Positions 1-7,900 of a DNA stretch of 32,000 nt are shown piece after piece. The notes under the pieces were generated by a model. It had not been told where the DNA came from, searched no databases, and saw nothing but the letters and a program-made list of their open reading frames with translations. Within the stretch, counting starts at the first letter, position 1. Every line of letters begins with the position of its first letter. This DNA comes from Candidatus Helarchaeota ASGARD archaeon Hel_GB_B (lineage in GTDB: Archaea > Asgardarchaeota > Lokiarchaeia > Helarchaeales > HEL-GB-B), in contig SUPR01000004.1 of assembly GCA_005191425.1 (NCBI GenBank), positions 1 through 32,000 of the forward strand, given 5' to 3'. The position numbers and the translations under genes were made by a program.

Positions 1-490
1 TGTTTATTTTAATAAAAGTTTCATCGACAAAAATAAGTTTAGAGCCAAATTTGGAAGCCCACGCCATTTTTATCCGGACTGAATTATAAATTGAAGTCAT
101 TACCTTTTTCATTAATAATGAAATGGACGAATTACCGCATTTAAGCATAAATGAAAGTCCGGTTAAGTCCAATCTACCGCCATTACATAGTTTTATAATA
201 AATTTATTAATTAAACCCAAAATTTCGTTATGAAAATAACTGGTATGTGCATAAAAAGAACGTCCACAATCTTTACAAAAATATGTCTGGGACAGGGATT
301 TTTTAGATATGTCATGACCATTTTTCTTAATATTCAATGAAGAACACCCATTATTAGTATTTGGACAGAGGAATGGCACATCAAGAATGCCACTCGTACT
401 ATTAACACGGTATACTAACCTTTCATAATATTTATAGTTAAAGTCATCTTCTAAACCGCCCCGAAAACGTGCTAACCTCTTGTATATCAC
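1..490 (-). mobile_element. DDE transposase gene, N-terminal part (IS1595/IS6-like), running off the window edge
   Basis: Absent from the ORF track because it is edge-truncated. My minus-strand translation from GTG at 490 stays open for 163 codons to base 1. It reads ...LCPNTNNGCSSLNIKKNGHDISKKSLSQTYFCKDCGRSFYAHT... (C..C/C..C zinc ribbon), then an HTH-like stretch, then ...KLIFVDETFIKIN, resembling the first catalytic Asp block (DETF/Y) of IS DDE transposases. Family is guessed from motifs only. Confidence 0.5.
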
Positions 491-860
491 TAAATATATA
501 AAAATATTATCAAAAAATATATAATCGAAAAAATAGAATCAATATTTATATATTTTTGTCGAAAAGTGGAATTTGAAAAATCTCAATTAATTTTCAATTT
601 TATTTAAAATAAGGAAATAATTTATAAATAATTGTTTAATATTCAAAATAATATTTTAAAAAACGAAATTACCTATATTTTATAATATGAATGACATTTT
701 TATTAGTAAATATACAACAAAAAGTAAAAAAGGTTAGATATTTAAGAAATAATAAAAATGTTATTAAATCAATACAAATCTTGTATATTTTATTAAGAAA
801 AAATCAATATAGATTCAAAAAATTAATAAATTTAAAAAGCAAAGCAGAAAAGGGATTTAT

Positions 861-1808
861 TTGAGTTCTAATGAAAAAGGAAGTTTGACATCTATTCGAT
901 TTCATGCAAGAGGCGGTCAAGGAGGAGTCACAGCAGCTCAATTGGTGGTATATGCATACAATGGTCCTGCTAAATGTTTTCCAAGGTTCGGTGCTGAAAG
1001 AATGGGTTCTCCTACAGAAGCATTCACTAAAGTTTCTCAAGATGCGGAAGCTATAAGGTCCAATGAACAAGTTTATACTCCTCGATATGTTTGCATTTTA
1101 GATGATACAATTATAAATGATGTTTGCGTTACTAACGGTTTGGCACCGGGAGGTTGGCTAATAATCAATACTGTAAAAAATATTGATACATTAAAAAAGT
1201 TTATTGGTAGGTCAGACGTTAATTATGCACTCATTGATGCTACAGGGCTTGCTATTGAAATGCTAGGTAGGCCGATTACCAATACTGCAATTTTAGGTGC
1301 TTTATCTAAAGTATCTGGTTTATTCTCTATTAAAGATTTAGAAAAAGCTATTGAATTTCAATTTAGAGGTGATTTGGTCAAAAAAAATATTGATCTAGTA
1401 AAAGCAGTTTATGACAAAGTTCAAATTTATAAAGTAGATATTCCTTATGATTCTAAGAAAGCAGAGAAACCTAAATGGAATCACGTTGAAGTTGAATATC
1501 AAGGTGCTAAAGATTATGAAATTGGTGCTGTTTGGTATACTCAAGGAGCTTCTTTACAAGTAAATACCGGGTCATGGGGTGCTTATAAAATTCTCTATGA
1601 CCCAGACCATTGTATTCAATGCCAAAAATGTTTTTATGTATGTCCTGATATGGCAATTTTACGAGAAAAGCAATCTAATGGAGAGTGGCATATTGTAGGC
1701 ACGGACGCAAAACATTGTAAAGGATGTAGGTTATGTGTCGAAGTTTGTCCTGGAAAAGACGGGGTAAAAGCTAGATCTGCTAAATTAAAAGAGGAGGTAG
1801 AGTTTTAA
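861..1808 (+). CDS. 2-oxoacid (pyruvate-type):ferredoxin oxidoreductase, fused gamma + delta subunits
   Basis: N-terminus IRFHARGGQGGVTAAQLVV is the gamma-subunit signature. The C-terminus carries two ferredoxin-type motifs, CIQCQKCFYVCP and CKGCRLCVEVCP, typical of the delta subunit. TTG start, with no in-frame ATG nearby. The stop abuts the next ATG (TAAATG). Confidence 0.85.
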   Translation: MSSNEKGSLTSIRFHARGGQGGVTAAQLVVYAYNGPAKCFPRFGAERMGSPTEAFTKVSQDAEAIRSNEQVYTPRYVCILDDTIINDVCVTNGLAPGGWLIINTVKNIDTLKKFIGRSDVNYALIDATGLAIEMLGRPITNTAILGALSKVSGLFSIKDLEKAIEFQFRGDLVKKNIDLVKAVYDKVQIYKVDIPYDSKKAEKPKWNHVEVEYQGAKDYEIGAVWYTQGASLQVNTGSWGAYKILYDPDHCIQCQKCFYVCPDMAILREKQSNGEWHIVGTDAKHCKGCRLCVEVCPGKDGVKARSAKLKEEVEF

Positions 1809-3044
1809 ATGAGTGTTCAACCAATGGAACCATTTTTTAAAGAGATAAAAGAACCTATTGAATTAGCAATGACTGGAAATTATGCTGTTGCAGGTGGAGT
1901 CACCCAGACTGACCCTGATGTTATATGTGCATTTCCAATTACACCCCAAACACAATCAGTAGAAGGGTTATCAGATGTAATTTATAATGGACGTTTAAAA
2001 GCAGCATTTGTTAATGTTGAATCTGAGTTAGCAGCAATGAGTTTTAGTACAGCAGCTTGCGCTTCAGGAGCAAGGACATTTACCGCCACAGCAAGTCAAG
2101 GGTATATGTTAATGATGGAAGCACTACCAATGGCAGTGGGCTGGCGAGTTCCATTAACTATGCTAATCTCAGCTAGGGCATTTAACGCACCCAATCTAAG
2201 CATCTGGAATGCTTGGGAATTCACATTGGCAGATTTGGGTTGGAATACAATTGTCGCAGAAAACGTTCAAGAAACTTATGATAATTCGATAATTTCTGTA
2301 ATGATTGCTGAAAAAACACTTTTTCCTACTATGTTTGTCCACGATGGATTCATTATCTCGCATGCAGTCCATAAATTTATTACATTAGCTGATGAACAAG
2401 TACGAAAATTAACACCTCAATTAAAAAGACATGTAATTACCCCTGAAAAACCTGGCTTATGGGGCTCTCTTGTTACTCCTGAGCAATTAATGGAACAAAG
2501 ATTAGCAATCGACCTTGCAAAAAAAGAAGTACCCCCTAAAATTGATGAAGCTTTTAAGGAATTTGGTAAAGAAACTGGAAGATATTATAATCAAATCGAG
2601 ACAAATAAATGTGATGGCGCAAAAGTCGCAATTATTTCTATGGGGTCAGTTTGCGGTAATATCGCATCATGGCAAGACAAAAACCCAGGAATTGGATTAA
2701 TTAAAATCAGAACATACCGTCCGTTCCCGACATTTCAACTTCGTAAAATTATTGAAGATTGTGGTATAGAAAAAGTCGCAATTATAGAGAAATTTGATGC
2801 TCCGGGTGCACCACTTGCTCAAGTAGGATCTAGCGTTATACCTGCCTTATACCCATTAGGAATACCCATAAAAGATTTTATAGCTGGATACGGTGGCAGA
2901 GATATAACAAAAGACGAATTTGACTTGATTAAAAGAAAAATGGACAAAGTGACTGGTATTCCATCTCAATTTTACGAATATATTGGTGTTAGAGAGTCTA
3001 AAGGAAAATTATGGGATCCAAACCCGATGGAGGTTTCAAAATGA
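1809..3044 (+). CDS. 2-oxoacid:ferredoxin oxidoreductase alpha subunit
   Basis: N-terminus MTGNYAVAGGVTQTDPDVICAFPITPQT matches the PorA/VorA/KorA family pattern (GNxAxAxG...YPITPxT). The 411 aa length is typical and it sits between the gamma/delta and beta genes. Substrate (pyruvate, 2-ketoisovalerate or 2-oxoglutarate) cannot be told from sequence by eye. Confidence 0.85.
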   Translation: MSVQPMEPFFKEIKEPIELAMTGNYAVAGGVTQTDPDVICAFPITPQTQSVEGLSDVIYNGRLKAAFVNVESELAAMSFSTAACASGARTFTATASQGYMLMMEALPMAVGWRVPLTMLISARAFNAPNLSIWNAWEFTLADLGWNTIVAENVQETYDNSIISVMIAEKTLFPTMFVHDGFIISHAVHKFITLADEQVRKLTPQLKRHVITPEKPGLWGSLVTPEQLMEQRLAIDLAKKEVPPKIDEAFKEFGKETGRYYNQIETNKCDGAKVAIISMGSVCGNIASWQDKNPGIGLIKIRTYRPFPTFQLRKIIEDCGIEKVAIIEKFDAPGAPLAQVGSSVIPALYPLGIPIKDFIAGYGGRDITKDEFDLIKRKMDKVTGIPSQFYEYIGVRESKGKLWDPNPMEVSK

Positions 3045-4129
3045 GCGAAAGTAAAAAATCTGAAGTTGTAAAAATAGATGACCTGTTAAAAAAAGACTCA
3101 CATAATTATTTTCTCTATATTAACTATGACAATGAAGCGTTTATGAATACGGGAATTCAAGAATCTGGTTCCACACCCCCATTCGCATCAACGACAACAG
3201 GACCTGGTGGCAAAAAAATTAAGGGAAAAATCGGAATTAAACAAGATATCATCAATTCGCTCGTTTTCTTAGGGTATAAAAGTGGGTTTTTTGCAACTGC
3301 AAATCCAGCATACCCTGTTGATTTAATAGGAAAAGTCGTAGAAGCAATGAAAACTCCGGGCTGTGGCTTTATTCATATAATTTCTCCATGTATGCGTGGA
3401 TGGCGATACCCAGAAAACCAAACTTATACAATATCAAAACTTGCAACAGAATCTGGCTATTTTCCTTTATTTTCTATTCATGTTAAAGATGGAAGACCTA
3501 CATATGCTCTTAATAGGAAAATAAATACAGATAAAGAAAAATTATTCAAATTTATTTCAATGATGGGTAAATATAGACATTTATTTAAACCTGACAAACT
3601 TGATTTCAACCTCGATTCTATTTATAACAGTGTCTTACGACGGAACCAAAACATTCTCGATCTAGTCGATAAATTTAAAGGCAAATCGGAAATTCGGGTA
3701 TATTCAGGAAAATTATCTAGATTTCCAAACCAAGAACATATTTGTGGTGGACATGGATTATGCCTTGGGTGCGGTGAAGGTGAAATTATAAATCAAGTAG
3801 CAATTGCTGCTCAAATGGTCGCTGGAAAAAATGTAATTTATACAAACGCTACTAGTTGTCTAGAAGTTTCAACATCAAAAGACAATTTAGGTTCATGGAA
3901 AGTTCCATGGGTACACCATCTATTTGAAACAGCTGCTACTGTAGCTGATGGGATATCAACTGCTTATAGAATTTTAAAATCAAAAAATAAATATAAAGGA
4001 GACCTTCCATATATAATTGCATTAGGCGGAGACGGTGGCACCTTCGACATCGGTTTTCAATTCTTAAAAAGTGCTCTCGTACGATCTGGAACTTGGGGTA
4101 TAATGAATGATCTTCTTGCTGAAAAATAA
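3041..4129 (+). CDS. 2-oxoacid:ferredoxin oxidoreductase beta (TPP-binding) subunit, apparently circularly permuted
   Basis: The YDNEAFMNTGIQESGSTP...TTTGPGGK...ISPCMRGW...FPLF...GKYRHL block (normally the C-terminal half) comes first. The GHGLCLGCG...TSCLEV...VPWVHHLFETAA...GGDGGTFDIGFQ block (normally the N-terminal half) comes last. I prefer ATG 3041, which has GGAGG 8 nt upstream and an ATGA overlap with the alpha stop, over the track start at 3011. Confidence 0.8.
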   Translation: MSESKKSEVVKIDDLLKKDSHNYFLYINYDNEAFMNTGIQESGSTPPFASTTTGPGGKKIKGKIGIKQDIINSLVFLGYKSGFFATANPAYPVDLIGKVVEAMKTPGCGFIHIISPCMRGWRYPENQTYTISKLATESGYFPLFSIHVKDGRPTYALNRKINTDKEKLFKFISMMGKYRHLFKPDKLDFNLDSIYNSVLRRNQNILDLVDKFKGKSEIRVYSGKLSRFPNQEHICGGHGLCLGCGEGEIINQVAIAAQMVAGKNVIYTNATSCLEVSTSKDNLGSWKVPWVHHLFETAATVADGISTAYRILKSKNKYKGDLPYIIALGGDGGTFDIGFQFLKSALVRSGTWGIMNDLLAEK

Positions 4130-4154
4130 AATAATTAATAATATACCATTTTTT

Positions 4155-4661
4155 TTATGTTAAATTATTTATTATATCATTATATGACATAGTTTTATTA
4201 CAATACATGCATTCTATTTCTAATGGATTTTTTCTCTTTAATTTATAATGTGTTTTTACTGGTTCATTACTGTTTGTGATACAATTTGGGTTTATACATT
4301 TAATATTAACATCAGTTATTTCATCAGGTAGTTCAACTCTTTTTTTACTTACTACATTCATATTTCTTATAATGCTAATAGTGGCTTCAGGTGATATTAA
4401 AGCAATAACATTAATTTCATTCGGGTCTAATTCTCTGTTTTCAATTTTCACAACATCTTTATATCCAGTTTCTAATTTTCCAGAGGGGACATTCATTGCA
4501 ACAGAGATTATATTGCCTTCTTTTCCAGTTATTTTCAATATCCTCAATACATATAGCGCATTTCCCGGATTAATGTGGTCAATAACAGTACCTTCCTTAA
4601 TCTTTCTAATTCTTAAAGATTCCTCTAAATCATTTTGTACCATTTTCAAACTTCCTTTCAT
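4155..4661 (-). CDS. pyrI: aspartate carbamoyltransferase regulatory chain
   Basis: IRKIKEGTVIDHINPGNALYVLRILK matches the PyrI allosteric-domain signature (IKNGTVIDHI). The C-terminal zinc domain has CINPNC...CMYC. An alternative start is the second Met (MVQ...). Confidence 0.8.
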   Translation of the reverse strand: MKGSLKMVQNDLEESLRIRKIKEGTVIDHINPGNALYVLRILKITGKEGNIISVAMNVPSGKLETGYKDVVKIENRELDPNEINVIALISPEATISIIRNMNVVSKKRVELPDEITDVNIKCINPNCITNSNEPVKTHYKLKRKNPLEIECMYCNKTMSYNDIINNLT

Positions 4662-4715
4662 GAGTATAAATTAAAGTTAAAATTAAAATTATAAATAATT
4701 ATCTTATTATTAAAA

Positions 4716-5342
4716 ATGATTAAATTGAATAAAGAATTTTTTATGAAAATAGGTATAATTGGGTTTATTGGATCAATTATATTATATGTTATCACATTTT
4801 TTATACCTTATTTAAGTGATTTAGAGATCATCATATATGATATTTTAATACTAATATTTGGACTAAGTGTTTCTATTTCATTATACCTATTAAGTGAAAA
4901 ATTTGGAAGGAATGGAATCAAAATCGCTTCTATTTGTATTATAGATACGATAATTATTAGTGTAATTAGTGAATTAACATATAATATAAATAAACCGCCT
5001 TTTTACTCACTTGAATATTATAATGCTTTAAGCTTTATTTATGGGCTTGGAGTTGTAAACTTTTTTCTATACATTATTACTTCTATGAGTTTTGGGTTCT
5101 CTGTACTATCTATTGGGCGTGATTATTCAAGTAAATTTTTACAAATATCTGCTATTCTCTGGTTTATTGAAATGATCGTTTCATTTTTCATTTCATTTTT
5201 TTCATACCTAATAATTTTTAGATGGGTCGTCTATGGTATTACAAGTTTTTGCATTTTGATTATGATTAAAATTAACCCATTATCTAAAGAAAAAAGTTCT
5301 GATAAAATAAAAATTAAAATAGGATTCGAGAAAAATAAGTGA
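4716..5342 (+). CDS. hypothetical polytopic membrane protein
   Basis: 208 aa ORF with about 6 long hydrophobic segments and no recognisable motif. Its stop overlaps the alternative GTG start of the following GTPase gene. Confidence 0.5.
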   Translation: MIKLNKEFFMKIGIIGFIGSIILYVITFFIPYLSDLEIIIYDILILIFGLSVSISLYLLSEKFGRNGIKIASICIIDTIIISVISELTYNINKPPFYSLEYYNALSFIYGLGVVNFFLYIITSMSFGFSVLSIGRDYSSKFLQISAILWFIEMIVSFFISFFSYLIIFRWVVYGITSFCILIMIKINPLSKEKSSDKIKIKIGFEKNK

Positions 5343-5347
5343 AAATT

Positions 5348-6550
5348 ATGCTAATTGGAATTGTAGGAAAACCTAATTGTGGAAAAACAACATTTCTTAA
5401 TGCTGCTTGTCTAACCTCTGCGAAAGTAGCAAATTATCCATTCACTACTATTGAACCAAATCTTGGAAAAGCTTATGTTAGAAAAAATTGTGTTTGTAAA
5501 GAATTAAATATTAAAGATAACCCTAAAAATTCTTTATGTATTGATGGTATTCGATTAATACCAATCGATCTGTTGGATGTTGCGGGGCTTGTCCCAGACG
5601 CTTGGAAAGGAAGAGGTCTTGGTAATAAATTCCTCGATGATTTAAGAAGAGCTGATGCACTTATTCATGTAATCGATGCCTCTGGCTCTACAGATTCAGA
5701 AGGAAAACCAGTTGAACCAGGTAGTTGGGATCCTCTAAATGATGTTATATTCTTAGAAAAAGAAATTACTTATTGGTTTAATAATATTGTAAACAGAGAT
5801 TGGCAGAAATTTGTTAGGACGCTAAAAGCTGAAAAAATATCTTTCGTCGATAAAATGTGTGACCGCCTCTCTGGACTGTCTATTAAACGAAAACATGTAG
5901 TCCAAGCATTAAAAGAGGCTAATTTGAACCCGGACAAACTTTCTGAATGGACTGAAGACGATATTTTTTCATTTTCGGACGCATTAAGAAAAATTTCAAA
6001 GCCCATGTTAATATTAGCAAATAAAGGTGATCAAAATACAGCTAAAAAAAATATTAAACGATTGCAAGAGTCGACAAATTATATTGTTATTCCTGGATGC
6101 GCTTTAGGCGAATATTGGCTACGAAAATATGCTGAAAAAGGACAAATCAAATATATTCCGGGCGATCCTGAATTTGAAATTTTGAACCCAAATTCGTTTT
6201 CAAAACAAGAACTTGAAATATTAAATAATCTTAAAGCTTATATGAAGGAAAACGGGTCAACCGGAGTCCAGAAAGCTTTAGACACTGCTGTTTTTGAATT
6301 ATTAGATATGATAACTGTATTCCCTGTTCATAACCCATCAAATTTTACAGATAAAGATAATAATGTCTTACCAGATGTCTATCTTGTTAAAAATGGGACA
6401 AATATTAAAGAATTCGCAGGAAAAATTCATACTGACCTTCAACAATCTTTTTTACATGGAATTAACGCTCGGACTAAACAACGATTAGGCGAAGGATATA
6501 TCCTTCACGACCGAGATATCGTTAAAATCGTTTCAATAAAAGGGACATGA
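5348..6550 (+). CDS. OBG/YchF-superfamily GTPase (Ygr210-like) with C-terminal TGS-like domain
   Basis: P-loop [14 protein letters not shown]2 region YPFTTIEPN and G3 DVAGLV. The C-terminal DRDIVKIVS is TGS-like. ATG 5348 chosen; the in-frame GTG 5339 (track start) is the alternative. Confidence 0.8.
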   Translation: MLIGIVGKPNCGKTTFLNAACLTSAKVANYPFTTIEPNLGKAYVRKNCVCKELNIKDNPKNSLCIDGIRLIPIDLLDVAGLVPDAWKGRGLGNKFLDDLRRADALIHVIDASGSTDSEGKPVEPGSWDPLNDVIFLEKEITYWFNNIVNRDWQKFVRTLKAEKISFVDKMCDRLSGLSIKRKHVVQALKEANLNPDKLSEWTEDDIFSFSDALRKISKPMLILANKGDQNTAKKNIKRLQESTNYIVIPGCALGEYWLRKYAEKGQIKYIPGDPEFEILNPNSFSKQELEILNNLKAYMKENGSTGVQKALDTAVFELLDMITVFPVHNPSNFTDKDNNVLPDVYLVKNGTNIKEFAGKIHTDLQQSFLHGINARTKQRLGEGYILHDRDIVKIVSIKGT

Positions 6551-6649
6551 CTATATTGTCTTATCTATAATTAGTTAAAGTTTGATCTTATAATATTTTT
6601 TTAAAAAATCTAAAATTACTTTATCATAAATAACAAAGACTATCATTTT

Positions 6650-7009
6650 TCACTTATTTCTGTATTTTTTTTCATAATATCCCGGTTCTTTCTTAGTACC
6701 GAATGACCTCACACCATATAATAATAATTGGGTTTTAAGTTCATTTGCATAATTTTGGTCTATTTCGCCTCGTTTTAGACAATAATTTATAATTTCTATA
6801 GCTTGGCCATCAGTATCTGCCCGCCTAATAAACGATATCACATCAGGATTTTGTAATTCATCAGGTATTTTGTTATCTTCTGAATTATCTGAAGTTTCTT
6901 TTGACCTAATACTTCTTATTGTTAAATTACTTTTATTTTCTAAAATTTCCTTCAATAAATTTGGAAATTCTTTTTTAAATTTCTCTTCATCGTCTGATAT
7001 TCTGCTCAC
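6650..7009 (-). CDS. conserved archaeal hypothetical protein (DUF2095-like)
   Basis: 119 aa with FPNLLKEI...SFIRRADTDGQAIEIINYCLKRGEI...GVRSFG...GYY. This resembles my memory of the archaeal DUF2095 family, so the assignment is tentative. Confidence 0.45.
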   Translation of the reverse strand: MSRISDDEEKFKKEFPNLLKEILENKSNLTIRSIRSKETSDNSEDNKIPDELQNPDVISFIRRADTDGQAIEIINYCLKRGEIDQNYANELKTQLLLYGVRSFGTKKEPGYYEKKYRNK

Positions 7010-7295
7010 CTTGCTTTAATTTTTCTATTTCTTTCCCCACAGGCCAGTAAATTAAAAATAAAATAACTATTCCGCTTACTATAAACAAAATCATAACTGG
7101 AATATACGGAAAAGTGAGAAATAACCCGACTATTATAATAATTATCAAAATATACACTGCATTTTTTACTCTGTTTAATATATGCAAAAATTCTTTTTCT
7201 ATTTTCTGCTTTATTTCTAATTCTTTATTTTGTAGCTCTTCAATTGCTTTCTTTTTCTGTTTCCAAGATTTAGTCGATTTCTTTTGAGTTGCCAT
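6987..7295 (-). CDS. small membrane protein with N-terminal charged helix
   Basis: 102 aa: a Lys/Glu-rich N-terminus followed by two hydrophobic segments (VYILIIIIIVGLFLTFPYIPVMILFIVSGIVILFLIYW). Overlaps the next gene by 23 nt. No recognisable family. Confidence 0.4.
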   Translation of the reverse strand: MATQKKSTKSWKQKKKAIEELQNKELEIKQKIEKEFLHILNRVKNAVYILIIIIIVGLFLTFPYIPVMILFIVSGIVILFLIYWPVGKEIEKLKQGEQNIRR

Positions 7296-7636
7296 TATTG
7301 ATCACTTTTTTACTTAAAATAATATTAGACTTCACAATATAAAAAATTGTAAAATCATGTTTAACCATTAAATTTGATTTTTACTTAATAATTCTATTTT
7401 AATTACAGAATAATAAATTTTTTAAACAATTAATTTCTCGAGATTTTAGAGAATTTATTTCTTAGATTTGTCAATTAAAAACCTAATTTTAATGAATTTT
7501 AATTTAATTCAATTTAATTTAATTTTTTTGATTTAAATTTCAAGAAAATTCGCTGGTTTAATTTATAAATTTGGAATAAACTGAAATGATGTGTTTTTAA
7601 ATAATTAATGTTTCCACAAAATTTAATAATTTAAAC

Positions 7637-7647
7637 AAAAAATAAAA
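7637..7647 (-). terminator. oligo-T archaeal-type terminator after the vhuU-like gene
   Basis: The minus strand reads UUUUUAUUUUUU directly 3' of the structured element at 7648-7718. Confidence 0.4.
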
Positions 7648-7718
7648 ATCGGGTAGCTCTTGCAAGAGCTGGTATCTATTGGCTTAGTTTTCATCCAATA
7701 GAATCATTCCAACCCGAT
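7648..7718 (-). promoter_or_regulatory. structured 3'-UTR element, candidate SECIS
   Basis: Minus-strand RNA: AUCGGGU-UGGAAUGAU-UCUAUUGG(AUGAAAACUAAG)CCAAUAGA-UACC-AGCUCU(UGCA)AGAGCU-ACCCGAU. That gives a 7-bp closing stem, an 8-bp hairpin and a 6-bp hairpin. It starts 19 nt after the stop of a TGA-containing gene and is the only GC-containing structured patch in the spacer. Confidence 0.45.
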
Positions 7719-7736
7719 AATATTTCTGTCAGGAAC

Positions 7737-7883
7737 TTATTCGGTTCCAATCTTGATCTCACGCGAAATAATTTCATTGCCTTCAGAATCTAAAATAGCA
7801 AGATGTGCACTACATGAAAGTCAGTTATCGTAAGATCTTATTACCATCTCAAAGATATTAAGAAATTTTTCATCAATTGGCAT
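7737..7883 (-). CDS. vhuU: small selenopeptide carrying the C-terminal Ni-binding motif of the [NiFeSe] hydrogenase large subunit (VhuU-like); TGA at 7821-7823 read as Sec
   Basis: Absent from the ORF track because of the in-frame TGA. My translation is MPIDEKFLNIFEMVIRSYDN-U-LSCSAHLAILDSEGNEIISREIKIGTE, ending at TAA. RSYDN-U-LSCSAH aligns with the large-subunit motif R.YDPCxxCxxH, with Sec at the first Cys. A GGTGA Shine-Dalgarno lies 7 nt upstream of the ATG. The gene starts 18 nt after the large-subunit stop, in a different frame. Confidence 0.8.
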
Positions 7884-7900
7884 AAATTATCACCTTAAAT

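Noticed and set aside
804-1070. 88-aa minus-strand ORF overlapping the start of the oxidoreductase gamma/delta gene
   Set aside because: It is antisense to a motif-supported CDS and has no recognisable motif, so it is a shadow ORF.
2515-2700. 61-aa plus-strand ORF in an alternative frame inside the alpha subunit
   Set aside because: It is nested out of frame within a well-supported gene. Its Lys-rich translation is typical of an A-rich off-frame reading.
3011-3040. Upstream ATG (track start) for the beta-subunit gene
   Set aside because: ATG 3041 has a GGAGG Shine-Dalgarno and the classic ATGA stop-start overlap. The extra 10 codons lie inside the alpha-subunit coding end.
4276-4674. 132-aa plus-strand ORF opposite pyrI
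   Set aside because: pyrI on the minus strand has diagnostic motifs. The antisense product is a low-complexity F/I/L/S sequence.
5770-6006. 78-aa minus-strand ORF inside the GTPase gene
   Set aside because: Antisense shadow ORF with no motif.
7486-7540. Repetitive aatttaatt-type stretch, considered as a CRISPR or microsatellite array
   Set aside because: It consists of irregular low-complexity A/T repeats with no repeat-spacer periodicity. No CRISPR array exists anywhere in the window.
7648-7718. Reading the 3'-UTR element as a eukaryote-type SECIS with an AUGA/GA kink-turn quartet
   Set aside because: An AUGA precedes the 8-bp hairpin and the loop is A-rich. With any register I tried, three unpaired nucleotides separate the 5' GA from the helix, and the 3' GA is already Watson-Crick paired. 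The tandem sheared G-A pairs do not form. I keep it only as a generic SECIS candidate.
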